Of a DNA stretch of 64,000 nucleotides, positions 33,871 through 43,070 are shown one piece after another. The position numbers and the translations under genes were made by a program. Every line of letters starts with the position of its first letter. The stretch's first letter is position 1. Source of the stretch: Planctomycetota bacterium (lineage in GTDB: Bacteria > Planctomycetota > GCA-002687715 > CAIWVZ01); contig JBGANV010000005.1 of NCBI GenBank assembly GCA_044222185.1, positions 1 through 64,000 of the forward strand, given 5' to 3'. The notes beneath the pieces are model-generated. The model was not told where the DNA came from. It did no database searches and saw only the letters and a program-made list of their open reading frames with translations.

Positions 33871-36783
33871 ATGACCATGACCCGCCGTCCGCGTTCGTTC
33901 GCCGCCGTCATCTCATCCGCCGTCCTGTTGCTCGTCAGCGCGCCCGCCATGGCGCAGGTCTGCACCAGCGCCTGGTCCCAGAGCGTCTTTTCGGGAGCGG
34001 GCCTCACCGGCACGGCAAACGCCAGCGTCGTCTTCGACGAGGACGGCAGCGGCCCGCTCGGCGCCGTGCTCTTCGTCGGCGGCGACTTCACGGCAGCGGG
34101 CGGCATCCCGACCCTCGGCATCGCTCGTTGGAACGGGTCGACGTGGTCCGCGCTCTCGTCCCAGCTCGGGGGTGGGTGCCTCGACGTCGAGGCGCTCGCC
34201 GTCTTCGACGACGACGGTGCCGGTCCGACGCAGCCCGCGCTCTATGCCGGCGGGCACATCACCCTCGCGGGCGGCGTTGCGGCATTCAACCTCGCGCGAT
34301 GGAATGGATCGACATGGACCGCCGCGGGCGTCTTCGCCGGCGGCGACGTGCACGCGCTCTTCGTGTGGGACGAGGACGGCGCCGGAGCACAGCCCGCGCG
34401 GCTGTTCGCTGGCGGCAGCTTCACCACGGTGAACGGGATCGCCGTCCGCGGTCTCGCGCGCTTCGACGGGTCGAACTGGACCGACGTGGGCATCGCATCG
34501 GGCAACACCAATCCCTTCGATGCCCCGGTGACCGCGTTCTGCGAATGGGATCCCGACGGCGCCGGGCCCGCGGCACCGGCGCTGGCCGCTGCCGGTCACC
34601 CGTTCGGGACACCCGCGAGCACCGCGGCAACGGTCGTCGCCGGATGGAACGGTGCGACATGGTCGATCATCGGCCCGTCGCCGATGATCCTCGGCACGTG
34701 CCGGGCGATGCTCGGCTACGACTACAACTCGGGCGCTCCCAACCCGCGCATCCTCTTGATGGGCGGTGCGTTCCAGAGCGTGCCGCCGGCCGGCACGTTC
34801 CCAGTCGCGTACTGGAACGGCGCGACGGTGGTTCCGACTCCGGTCACCCCGGGCTACGACTTCGAAGCCCGCGCGCTCGCCCTCTTCGACGAGGACGGCG
34901 CGGGACCGAACCCGCCGTCTGCGTTCGCGTGCGGCGTCGTCCCCGGCCAGGCGGGGCACGCGGGATTGGCGCGTTGGACCGCAGGCACGCTCGCGTCGCC
35001 CGGCGGTACGACGGCGACGCTTCCGTCGGCACCGGCGAATGCGATGTCGGTGTTCGACGAGGACGGCGCCGGCCCAGCGACTTCCAAGCTGGTGATTGCG
35101 GGCTCGTTCGGCAGCGCCGGGCCGTCGCTGACCGCGCAGGGATTCGCCGCGTGGAACGGTTCCGCGTGGTCCGTTCCCGGTCGATCGATCTCCGGCTCGA
35201 TCCGCGCGCTGCTGCCGTTCGATGACGATGGGACCGGCCCGCTGCTCACGCAGATGTACGTGGCCGGCGATTTCTCCGTGACGACGCCCGACGGAACGCA
35301 AGCGACGTCGCTCGCGCGATGGACCGGCAACGCATTCGCGCCGGCGTGCGGTTCGTTCTCGGGGGCGATCAACGCGTTGACGCGGTGGGATCCCGACGGT
35401 GCCGGCCCGCTCCGAGACCGACTCGTCGCGGTCGGCCCGTTCGCCGCGAGCGCCTGCGGAAACTCGGCGAACGTGGCCGCGTGGACGGGGTTGGCCTGGT
35501 CCAGTCTCTCAGGCCAGGTCGGCGGAACGTCGATCCCGGGCCTCGTGTTCGGTGCAGGTCAGGCGCCGCGCGCCGTCTGCGCGTGGGATCCGGACGGCAC
35601 CGGACCGCAGTCCGAGCGACTCGTCGTCGGAGGCGATTTCTCCTACGCGGGCGGAGCGACCGGAACGGGCGGCATCGCCATCTTCGACGGTACGACTTGG
35701 AGCACGCCGGGCAGCGGCGTGGCCTGGGCGTCGCCCGGTACCGCACCTGCCGTCGTTCGCGCCGTGATCGCGTTCGACGATGACGCGACCGGTCCGAATC
35801 CGCCCGCGTTGATCGTCGGCGGTGATTTCGATCGGGCCGGGAACACGGCCGCCTCGCACATCGCCATGTGGCGGAACGGAACCTGGACGGCGCTGGGCGC
35901 CGGCACGAACGGCATCGTGCGCGCTCTCGCGATCCACGACGAGGACGGAGCGGGCCCGATCCCGCCGGCACTCTTCGCCGCCGGCACGTTCAATGCGCCC
36001 GCGCTCGGCGTGGCCCGATGGAACGGAACGGCATGGAGTCCCGTCGGCGCCGGCATCGGCTCGCCCGGCGGACCTGGCGGCGACGTGAATTCACTCGCGG
36101 TGCTCGACGAGGACGGTCCTCTTCCCGGCCTCGGAGTGCTCGTCGCGGGCGGAACGTTCACACAGGCCGACGGGCAGGCGATCACCAACGTCACGTGCTG
36201 GAACTCGGTCGGCTGGGGACCCTTCGCCTCGGGCCTGGCCTCGACGCCGGCGTCGTCGTGCTCCGGGCCCGTGTCTCTCAATCCCGCGCACGTCGACGCG
36301 ATGGCCACCCTTCCCGGAGATCCGACGAACGCGATCCCGGCCGCGCTGTTCGCCGGTGGATCGTTCGAGACGGCGGGTGGTTCGCCGTCGAGCGCCCTCG
36401 CGCGCTGGTCGCGCACTCCCGCGCGTCCGCTGACGCTCGCGACGTTCAACGGGCCTGGCTCGCTGCGGATCAGCCAGTCGTGGTGCGGCCCGGGCCAGCA
36501 CTACTTCACGGCGTTCAGTCTCGATCCGTCGAACGTCACGCAGCCGTACCTCGGTTCGTGGGGCGGCATGCACATCGCCTTCTCGGACCTTCTGGCCCAG
36601 TTCGGAACGTCCGTGGCGCCGTTCGTCGGAACGCTCAACCTCCTCGGCTCCGCGACGACGGTGTACCCGGCAGGCACGTTCACGTCCCTGGCGGGGACGA
36701 CGCTCCATGCCGTGACGCACATCTACGATCCGGTCACGGTGACGGTCACGGCCGTTTCCCCGGTTGCGTCGTACACGCTCTGA
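33871..36783 (+). CDS. Large secreted beta-propeller repeat protein
   Basis: Signal peptide ending AMAQ; about 14 repeats of (F/W)D.DG.GP..L.(V/A)GG.F...A.WNG..W. Confidence 0.85.
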   Translation: MTMTRRPRSFAAVISSAVLLLVSAPAMAQVCTSAWSQSVFSGAGLTGTANASVVFDEDGSGPLGAVLFVGGDFTAAGGIPTLGIARWNGSTWSALSSQLGGGCLDVEALAVFDDDGAGPTQPALYAGGHITLAGGVAAFNLARWNGSTWTAAGVFAGGDVHALFVWDEDGAGAQPARLFAGGSFTTVNGIAVRGLARFDGSNWTDVGIASGNTNPFDAPVTAFCEWDPDGAGPAAPALAAAGHPFGTPASTAATVVAGWNGATWSIIGPSPMILGTCRAMLGYDYNSGAPNPRILLMGGAFQSVPPAGTFPVAYWNGATVVPTPVTPGYDFEARALALFDEDGAGPNPPSAFACGVVPGQAGHAGLARWTAGTLASPGGTTATLPSAPANAMSVFDEDGAGPATSKLVIAGSFGSAGPSLTAQGFAAWNGSAWSVPGRSISGSIRALLPFDDDGTGPLLTQMYVAGDFSVTTPDGTQATSLARWTGNAFAPACGSFSGAINALTRWDPDGAGPLRDRLVAVGPFAASACGNSANVAAWTGLAWSSLSGQVGGTSIPGLVFGAGQAPRAVCAWDPDGTGPQSERLVVGGDFSYAGGATGTGGIAIFDGTTWSTPGSGVAWASPGTAPAVVRAVIAFDDDATGPNPPALIVGGDFDRAGNTAASHIAMWRNGTWTALGAGTNGIVRALAIHDEDGAGPIPPALFAAGTFNAPALGVARWNGTAWSPVGAGIGSPGGPGGDVNSLAVLDEDGPLPGLGVLVAGGTFTQADGQAITNVTCWNSVGWGPFASGLASTPASSCSGPVSLNPAHVDAMATLPGDPTNAIPAALFAGGSFETAGGSPSSALARWSRTPARPLTLATFNGPGSLRISQSWCGPGQHYFTAFSLDPSNVTQPYLGSWGGMHIAFSDLLAQFGTSVAPFVGTLNLLGSATTVYPAGTFTSLAGTTLHAVTHIYDPVTVTVTAVSPVASYTL

Positions 36784-36813
36784 ACCGGCGGGCGGGCGGG
36801 CGGCGACGCCCGC

Positions 36814-37407
36814 TCACGCCTGATCCGCGGACATCCAACGGCGGACCGCGGGCAGCTCGTGCGTGGAGAGCCGATCGAGAAGTGCCGCTGGCGAGGATTC
36901 GATCACGATCAGGTCGCGGTATTGGGATTTGACGAAGCCGCGCGCCACGCCGTCGTCCACGAGGTTGCGGAATGCCCGGAAGTAGCCCGCGACGTCGAGG
37001 ACGCCGATGGGCTTGGTGTGGATGCCGAGCTGTGCCCAGGTCATGACCTCGAACAGCTCTTCGTAGGTTCCGAATCCACCCGGCATGGCGATGAACGCGT
37101 CCGACAGCTCGGCCATCATGGCCTTGCGCGCATGCATCCCCGGAGTGATGTGGAGCTTCGTCAGGCCGAAGTGGGCCACCTCTCGCGTCGCGAGCCCCTC
37201 GGGGATCACGCCGATCACTTCACCGCCTCCTGCAAGCACGGCATCCGCGGTGACTCCCATGAGCCCGATGCTCCCGCCGCCGTAGACGAGGCCTACGCGT
37301 CGCTCGACGAGGAGACGGCCCAATGCCGTCGCCGCCTCGCGAAACGCCGGATCATCCCCCGTGCTCGAGCCGCAGAACACGCAGACGCGACGAAGGTCCC
37401 GCTTCAC
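36814..37407 (-). CDS. LOG family nucleotide phosphoribohydrolase (TIGR00730-like)
   Basis: VCVFCGSS, VYGGG..GLMG, MHARK and PGGFGTYEE; GTG start overlaps the dapF stop. Confidence 0.93.
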   Translation of the reverse strand: MKRDLRRVCVFCGSSTGDDPAFREAATALGRLLVERRVGLVYGGGSIGLMGVTADAVLAGGGEVIGVIPEGLATREVAHFGLTKLHITPGMHARKAMMAELSDAFIAMPGGFGTYEELFEVMTWAQLGIHTKPIGVLDVAGYFRAFRNLVDDGVARGFVKSQYRDLIVIESSPAALLDRLSTHELPAVRRWMSADQA

Positions 37408-38315
37408 GCCAACTCCTTGGGCGGCTCCCAATCGCCGCGAAACACTTCCGTCGCCGGTCCGATCATCATCACGTGCCCGTCGTCCTCACGCCAGGTGACG
37501 TCGAGCAACCCGCCGGGGACGGTGACGGCCACGTGGCGCCCATGCCGCTTCCCGAGAACGCCCGCCACGACGGCGGCGCAGGCGCCGGTGCCGCAGGCCA
37601 GCGTGATCCCGCTTCCCCGTTCCCACGTCCGCATGGTGATCGTCTCGTCGCCGGTCACCTGAACGACGTTCACGTTCGTCCGCCGCGGGAACAACGCGTG
37701 GTGTTCGATCCGCGGGCCGACGACCTCCAGGGGAACGGCCGCGACGTCGCGGCACCAGAGCACCGCGTGCGGAGGTCCCATGGAGAGCGTCGTCATCGAG
37801 GGAACGAGGCCGCATCCCTCGATCCAGTCCGTCCCGCCATCGACGACGAGTGCGTCGAGCACGGAATCGAGGGGCCGCTCGACCCATGGGTTTCCATCCG
37901 GCGACGCCACCGGAACGAGACTCGGCTCCAGGATCGGCTCCCCCATGTCGACCGTGACGCGCGCGACCTTGCCGTCGGGGCCCACGTCGTAGGCGAGCGT
38001 GAGCACGCCGCGCCCCGTCTGCACGCGCATGGGATTGCGCCGCGTGAGGCACAGGTCGTGCGCGAACTTGCACACGCAACGGATGCCGTTCCCGCACATC
38101 TCGGCCTCGAGCCCGTCGGCGTTGAACATCCGCATGCGAACGTCGGCGTTCACGCCCGGTTCGGGCGGAAGGATGAGAATCAGACCGTCGCTCCCGACGC
38201 CGAAGTGCCGGTCGGAAACGGCGATGGCGATCCGACTCGGCTCGGTCACGCGCTCCTGGAACCCGTTCACGTAGACGTAGTCGTTCCCGAGACCGTGCAT
38301 CTTCACGAAGCGCAT
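37404..38315 (-). CDS. dapF: Diaminopimelate epimerase
   Basis: FVKMHGLGNDY, DRHFGVGSDG, EMCGNGIRC and WERGSGITLACGTGACA. Confidence 0.95.
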   Translation of the reverse strand: MRFVKMHGLGNDYVYVNGFQERVTEPSRIAIAVSDRHFGVGSDGLILILPPEPGVNADVRMRMFNADGLEAEMCGNGIRCVCKFAHDLCLTRRNPMRVQTGRGVLTLAYDVGPDGKVARVTVDMGEPILEPSLVPVASPDGNPWVERPLDSVLDALVVDGGTDWIEGCGLVPSMTTLSMGPPHAVLWCRDVAAVPLEVVGPRIEHHALFPRRTNVNVVQVTGDETITMRTWERGSGITLACGTGACAAVVAGVLGKRHGRHVAVTVPGGLLDVTWREDDGHVMMIGPATEVFRGDWEPPKELA

Positions 38316-38331
38316 GAATCTCCCGCGGGCT

Positions 38332-40107
38332 TCAGTTCAGCCGGATCTCGAGCGGCATGACGGCCCACACGCGGAACGGCGCACGGTTCTCCAACGCGTC
38401 GGCCAGGATGCGCAGTGGCGTCGTCATGGTGAAACCACCGAGCTGGGCCGCCTTCAACTGCGACGGCTCGAAGATGGAGGCGCCGCCAAAGACCTGCTCG
38501 AGCATGGCCAACGGGTTGTTGTCGGGTTGGGGGAACGCGACGAGCGGCAGCTCGGACTTGGTCTTGTCCTTCAGCCAGGCGACGGCGTCGCCGAGACCGC
38601 CGATCTTGTCGACGAGGCCCAGGTCGAGCGCTTGCTTGCCGGTCCACACGCGCCCACCGGCGATCTCGAGCAGCCGCTCGGGCTTCATGTCCTTGCGAAC
38701 TTCCAGGATCCGCGCGCGGAAGTGGTCGTAGAACGTGAGGACGTGTGTCTGAAGCTGTTCGAGCTGCGTGTCGGTGAGTGGCCGAAACATGTCCGTCATC
38801 CCGGAGGAGTCGTCGAGCGAGATGATCTCGTTCTTCAGGCCGATGCGGCGGGCGAGCGCACCGATGTTGGGTCGCATCCCGAACACGCCGATCGATCCGG
38901 TGATCGTCGAGTGCTCGGCGAAGATCGGGCCACCGATCATCGACACGTAGTAGCCGCCCGACGCCGCGAGGTCGCCCATGGAAACGACGACGGGCTTCTT
39001 CGTCGCGAGCTCGCGCAGGGCGAGCACGATCGCCTCGCTGGCGGTACCCGACCCTCCCGGCGAGTTCACCCGCACGACCACGCCCTTGATCTTCGCGTTG
39101 TCCCGCAGCTCCTTGACGAGCGTCACGGTCGGGCCGGACACGATGGAGCCGGGGCTCTCCTTGTCGCCATCGACGATCTCGCCCGAGAGGTGCAGGACGG
39201 CGAAGGAGTCCTCGGCCACTTCCTTTTTCGCCTTCGACGAGCCCGAGAGCATGGCGAGGAAGTTGAACGGCTCCTTCTTCTTCTTCTTGGGCACCGACTC
39301 GAACGACGCGACGCCCGTCGGATCGACGGCGAAACGCGCCCCGCGCCAGCCGACCAACTCGTCGACCAGGCCGGCGGCCTTGGCGTCACTCGCGGAGAAC
39401 AGCCGGCGGGCCTGCGCGGCGTGGACCTTCTCCGGCGTGATCTTGCGGTGTGTCGAGACGACGGCGACGAGGCGCTCGTTCATGGACGCGATCATGTCCA
39501 CGTAATGCTGGCGCAGATGCGAGCTCATCTCCGAGAGCATGTACGGCTCGACCGCTCCCTTGAACTGGCCGGCCCGCATGATCTGGAATTGGACGCCCAG
39601 GAGGTCGAGAGCGTCCTTCATGAAGAGGATGCTGATCGAGGGCGCGGCGACCTCGAGCGAACCCACGTCGGCCATCAGCACCCGATCACAGAGCGACGCC
39701 ACGACGAACTGCGGCATGCCCGCGTTCTCGAGGTACGCGACGGTCTTGGCGCCAGCGGCGCGGAGGCGATCGACGGCACGCTCGAGTTCGGCGATCTGGG
39801 GCGCATTCACGTGGAAGGCAGGGTCGGAGAGGTCGAAGAGGACCTCGGACGCCGCCGGGTACGCGCAAAGCCCGTCCAGGTTGTCGATGAGCTCGTAGAA
39901 CGACGACGGCTTCGCGCCGCCACCGGCCAGCAACGACATGGATGAGAAGCCCTGCTCCGCCAGATCCTTGTACACGCCCGCGAGTTTCACCTCGTGGATC
40001 GTCCGCTTCTTCGACGACGCAGCGCGTGACTCGGACTGCGCCGTCAGGGGTGCGAGCGATACGAACAGGAGGATCGATAGGAGACTCACGCGGAATGCTG
40101 TGTTCAT
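38332..40107 (-). CDS. sppA: Signal peptide peptidase SppA (protease IV, long form)
   Basis: GQFKGAVEPY (catalytic Lys); RVNSPGGS, SMGDLAASGGYY, TITGSIGV and GRVWTG.QA. Confidence 0.9.
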   Translation of the reverse strand: MNTAFRVSLLSILLFVSLAPLTAQSESRAASSKKRTIHEVKLAGVYKDLAEQGFSSMSLLAGGGAKPSSFYELIDNLDGLCAYPAASEVLFDLSDPAFHVNAPQIAELERAVDRLRAAGAKTVAYLENAGMPQFVVASLCDRVLMADVGSLEVAAPSISILFMKDALDLLGVQFQIMRAGQFKGAVEPYMLSEMSSHLRQHYVDMIASMNERLVAVVSTHRKITPEKVHAAQARRLFSASDAKAAGLVDELVGWRGARFAVDPTGVASFESVPKKKKKEPFNFLAMLSGSSKAKKEVAEDSFAVLHLSGEIVDGDKESPGSIVSGPTVTLVKELRDNAKIKGVVVRVNSPGGSGTASEAIVLALRELATKKPVVVSMGDLAASGGYYVSMIGGPIFAEHSTITGSIGVFGMRPNIGALARRIGLKNEIISLDDSSGMTDMFRPLTDTQLEQLQTHVLTFYDHFRARILEVRKDMKPERLLEIAGGRVWTGKQALDLGLVDKIGGLGDAVAWLKDKTKSELPLVAFPQPDNNPLAMLEQVFGGASIFEPSQLKAAQLGGFTMTTPLRILADALENRAPFRVWAVMPLEIRLN

Positions 40108-42407
40108 GAATGTCCTCGGTTGGACGGGGTGACGCTCGCCTGCGACGCGGCGCTCGCAACCCCGGATGATGCACCACCTCGGTCGGGACGCCAACGCGCC
40201 AGCCGCAGGCTGTTCGTGACGACTGACACGCTGCTGAGCGCCATGGCGACGCCCGCGAGCATCGGATCCATCTGCCACCCGGTGATCGGGTGAAGAACGC
40301 CGGCGGCGAGCGGGATCCCGAACGCGTTGTATACGAACGCAAAGAAAAGGTTCTGGCGGATCGTGCGGAAGGTCCGCTGGGCGAGGTCGAGCGCGTCCGC
40401 GACCCGCCCCAGATCACCGCCCAACAGGGTCACTCCAGCCGCTTCGAGCGCCACATCCGTGCCCGACGCCACGGCGAAACCGACGTCCGCGAGTGCCAGG
40501 GCCGGGGCGTCGTTGACGCCGTCGCCGACCATCGCAACCCGGTGCCCTTGGGCCTGATGGCTCCTGACGACGTCCACCTTCCCCTGCGGCCGCACGCCCG
40601 CGTGGATGGTCGAGATGCCGACCGCCTCACCGATCGCGCGGGCCGCGCCCGAATCGTCGCCGCTGACGAGCGCCAGCCGAAGCCCGCGGGCCGAAAGCTC
40701 CCTGACGGCTCCCTCGGCCGTCGGCGCCACGGCATCCGCGACGCCGATGACTCCGACGAGCGCACGCTCGATCACGACGAACGCGAGTGACCTGGCCTGC
40801 GACGTCAACCGCGCCACGTCGGGTCCGAGCCTGCCGACCTCGATACCGAGTGGCTGAAGGAGCGACGCTCCGCCTACGAGAACCCGTTTCCCGTCGAGGG
40901 TGACCTCGATGCCGGCGCCCGGAATCGACTCGAACGCCGTACCGTCCTGGAGTTCTCCGAAACGGGCCGACGCCGCCGCGACGATCGCTCCTGCGATCGG
41001 GTGTTCGGAAAGCCGCTCGGCGGCCCCCGCCAGCCTGAGCAGCGAGTCCTCGGTCCACGGCGCGACGGGAATCACGTCCGTCACCTGCGGACGGCCGACC
41101 GTGAGCGTCCCCGTCTTGTCGAAGAGCACGGTGTCGATGCCGGCGGAGGCCTGAAGCGAGTCGCCGCCACGAAAGAGGATGCCGTGGCGCGCGCCGCAAC
41201 CGATGCCGACGACGAGGGCCATGGGCGTCGCCAGGCCGAGCGCGCACGGGCACGCGATCACGAGCACGGCGATCGCCGCCGAATAGGCGTGGAGCCATCG
41301 CGGTTCCGGCCCGAACCAGGACCAGGCCGCGAACGTCGCCACGGCGACGACGAGGACGCCGGGCACGAAGCGCCGGCTGATCGCGTCGGCGAGGTCCGCG
41401 ATCGGCGCGCGTGATCCCTGCGCTTCCTCCACGAGACTCACGATCCGCCGCCAGAGCGTGTCGGCGCCCACGCGCGTCGCGCGGGCTCGCAGCGCGCCAG
41501 CTCCGTTCACCGTGCCGCCGATGAGCTCGGCACCCGGATCCTTGCGGCGCGGCATCGATTCGCCGGAGATGGCCGATTCGTCGACCGACGAACCGCCGTC
41601 GATGACGACGCCGTCCGTGGGAATCCGCTCCCCCGGCCGCACGACGAATTCGTCGCCCACGACGAGCTGGTCGACCGGAACGTCCGTTTCCACGCCTGCG
41701 ACGATCCGGCGCGCCGTCGGAGCGGAGAGGCCCACGAGCTTCTCGACGGCGAGCGACGTGCGGCGTCGGGCGCGCGATTCGAGGAAGCGACCGAGGAGGA
41801 CGAGCGTGACGATCACCGCGGCCGACTCGAACTGGACGTGCGTTCCGTGCGGAACACCAGCCACGAAACGCGGCGCGAGGGTCGCCACGACGCTCGATGC
41901 GAACGCAGCTCCGACCCCGAGCGCCACCAGAGTGTTCATGTCCGGGTTGTGCCGCCGCACGGCCTTCCACCCGTTCACGAAGAAGCTTCGTCCGCATCCG
42001 AGAACCACCGGCGCTGTCAGGACCAGCAGCACCAGATCACGGCCAGGAAACTGGATTCCGGCCATCTGGATCACGAACACGGGCGCGCTGAGCACCGCAG
42101 CGACGAGAACGAGCCGCCGCAGCCTGGCGACCTCCCGCTCCTCGAGCGCCTGGCGCTCGCTGGCTGCGCGTTGCGGCTCGGCTGCGATGGGGTGAAGCCC
42201 GTATCCGGCCGACGACGCGGCCTGCATCAGCGCATCCGCGGGGACGCCGGTCTGGGCCGTGACGCGAGCCTCTCGCGTCGCCAGGTTGACGTGAGCCGAG
42301 GCGACGCCCGGCACGCCGCGCAGCGCATCCTCCACGCGACCGACGCACGCCGCGCAGTGCATCCCTTCGACTCGGAAGCGATGTGTGTCCGTGGGAGGCG
42401 TGTTCAC
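40104..42407 (-). CDS. copA: Cu(I)-type P1B-1 ATPase
   Basis: GMHCAAC HMA domain; CPCALGLA, DKTGT, SEHP, GDGVND, YN and MALSSVSV. Confidence 0.93.
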   Translation of the reverse strand: MNTPPTDTHRFRVEGMHCAACVGRVEDALRGVPGVASAHVNLATREARVTAQTGVPADALMQAASSAGYGLHPIAAEPQRAASERQALEEREVARLRRLVLVAAVLSAPVFVIQMAGIQFPGRDLVLLVLTAPVVLGCGRSFFVNGWKAVRRHNPDMNTLVALGVGAAFASSVVATLAPRFVAGVPHGTHVQFESAAVIVTLVLLGRFLESRARRRTSLAVEKLVGLSAPTARRIVAGVETDVPVDQLVVGDEFVVRPGERIPTDGVVIDGGSSVDESAISGESMPRRKDPGAELIGGTVNGAGALRARATRVGADTLWRRIVSLVEEAQGSRAPIADLADAISRRFVPGVLVVAVATFAAWSWFGPEPRWLHAYSAAIAVLVIACPCALGLATPMALVVGIGCGARHGILFRGGDSLQASAGIDTVLFDKTGTLTVGRPQVTDVIPVAPWTEDSLLRLAGAAERLSEHPIAGAIVAAASARFGELQDGTAFESIPGAGIEVTLDGKRVLVGGASLLQPLGIEVGRLGPDVARLTSQARSLAFVVIERALVGVIGVADAVAPTAEGAVRELSARGLRLALVSGDDSGAARAIGEAVGISTIHAGVRPQGKVDVVRSHQAQGHRVAMVGDGVNDAPALALADVGFAVASGTDVALEAAGVTLLGGDLGRVADALDLAQRTFRTIRQNLFFAFVYNAFGIPLAAGVLHPITGWQMDPMLAGVAMALSSVSVVTNSLRLARWRPDRGGASSGVASAASQASVTPSNRGHS

Positions 42408-42414
42408 CGGGATC

Positions 42415-42903
42415 TCACGCGAGCTGGCGAAGCAGACCCCAATACCACGGCCAGAAGCAGAGGGCGGAAAGGGCGAACACGCTGCACGAAACCCACGCCG
42501 CAGCCATGGTCCGCGGATGCTTGCGGTGACGCTTCAGGAGGAGGGCGATCAGCATTCCCAGCTCGGCGGGCAGCGCCAGTGCCGCGAACAGCTGGGCGAC
42601 GGCCGTGATGTGACCCGTGACGCAATACGGCGTGAAGAACAACGCCACGAAATCGTCGCCCCGCGGCCGGAAGTAGAGGCGATCGATGGTGAAGATCCCC
42701 GCGCAGAGCATGAACGTCCAGACCCCCACGATTCCGATGATGGCCGAGCCGGCGTGCAGGATGCGCGCGACGTTGGCGTTCGCTTCGTTGCGGGAGACGG
42801 CGTTCAGCTCGTACCCGGCGACCAGGGTCGCGACGGCGGCAACGACGGGGAGCGCCAGCCCGAACCAGCCGGCGTCGACGAATCCGCCTTTCGTAGGGTC
42901 CAT
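42415..42903 (-). CDS. Hypothetical membrane protein (4 TM)
   Basis: Four hydrophobic segments; lies directly upstream of copA on the same strand. Confidence 0.6.
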   Translation of the reverse strand: MDPTKGGFVDAGWFGLALPVVAAVATLVAGYELNAVSRNEANANVARILHAGSAIIGIVGVWTFMLCAGIFTIDRLYFRPRGDDFVALFFTPYCVTGHITAVAQLFAALALPAELGMLIALLLKRHRKHPRTMAAAWVSCSVFALSALCFWPWYWGLLRQLA

Positions 42904-43070
42904 GTCGCCGCCACTCTGACATCTCGGCGCGGGCGCCACCATTCGAGAACGGTCGCCTCCGCACCGCGGCAAGGCGATGCCACGACGCCTTTGACCGCCG
43001 GCGGGGCCGGCTCTACGATCGCGCCCTCACGACCCAGATCCCCGGGTCGAGGCGAAATGGAAGTTTGGCC

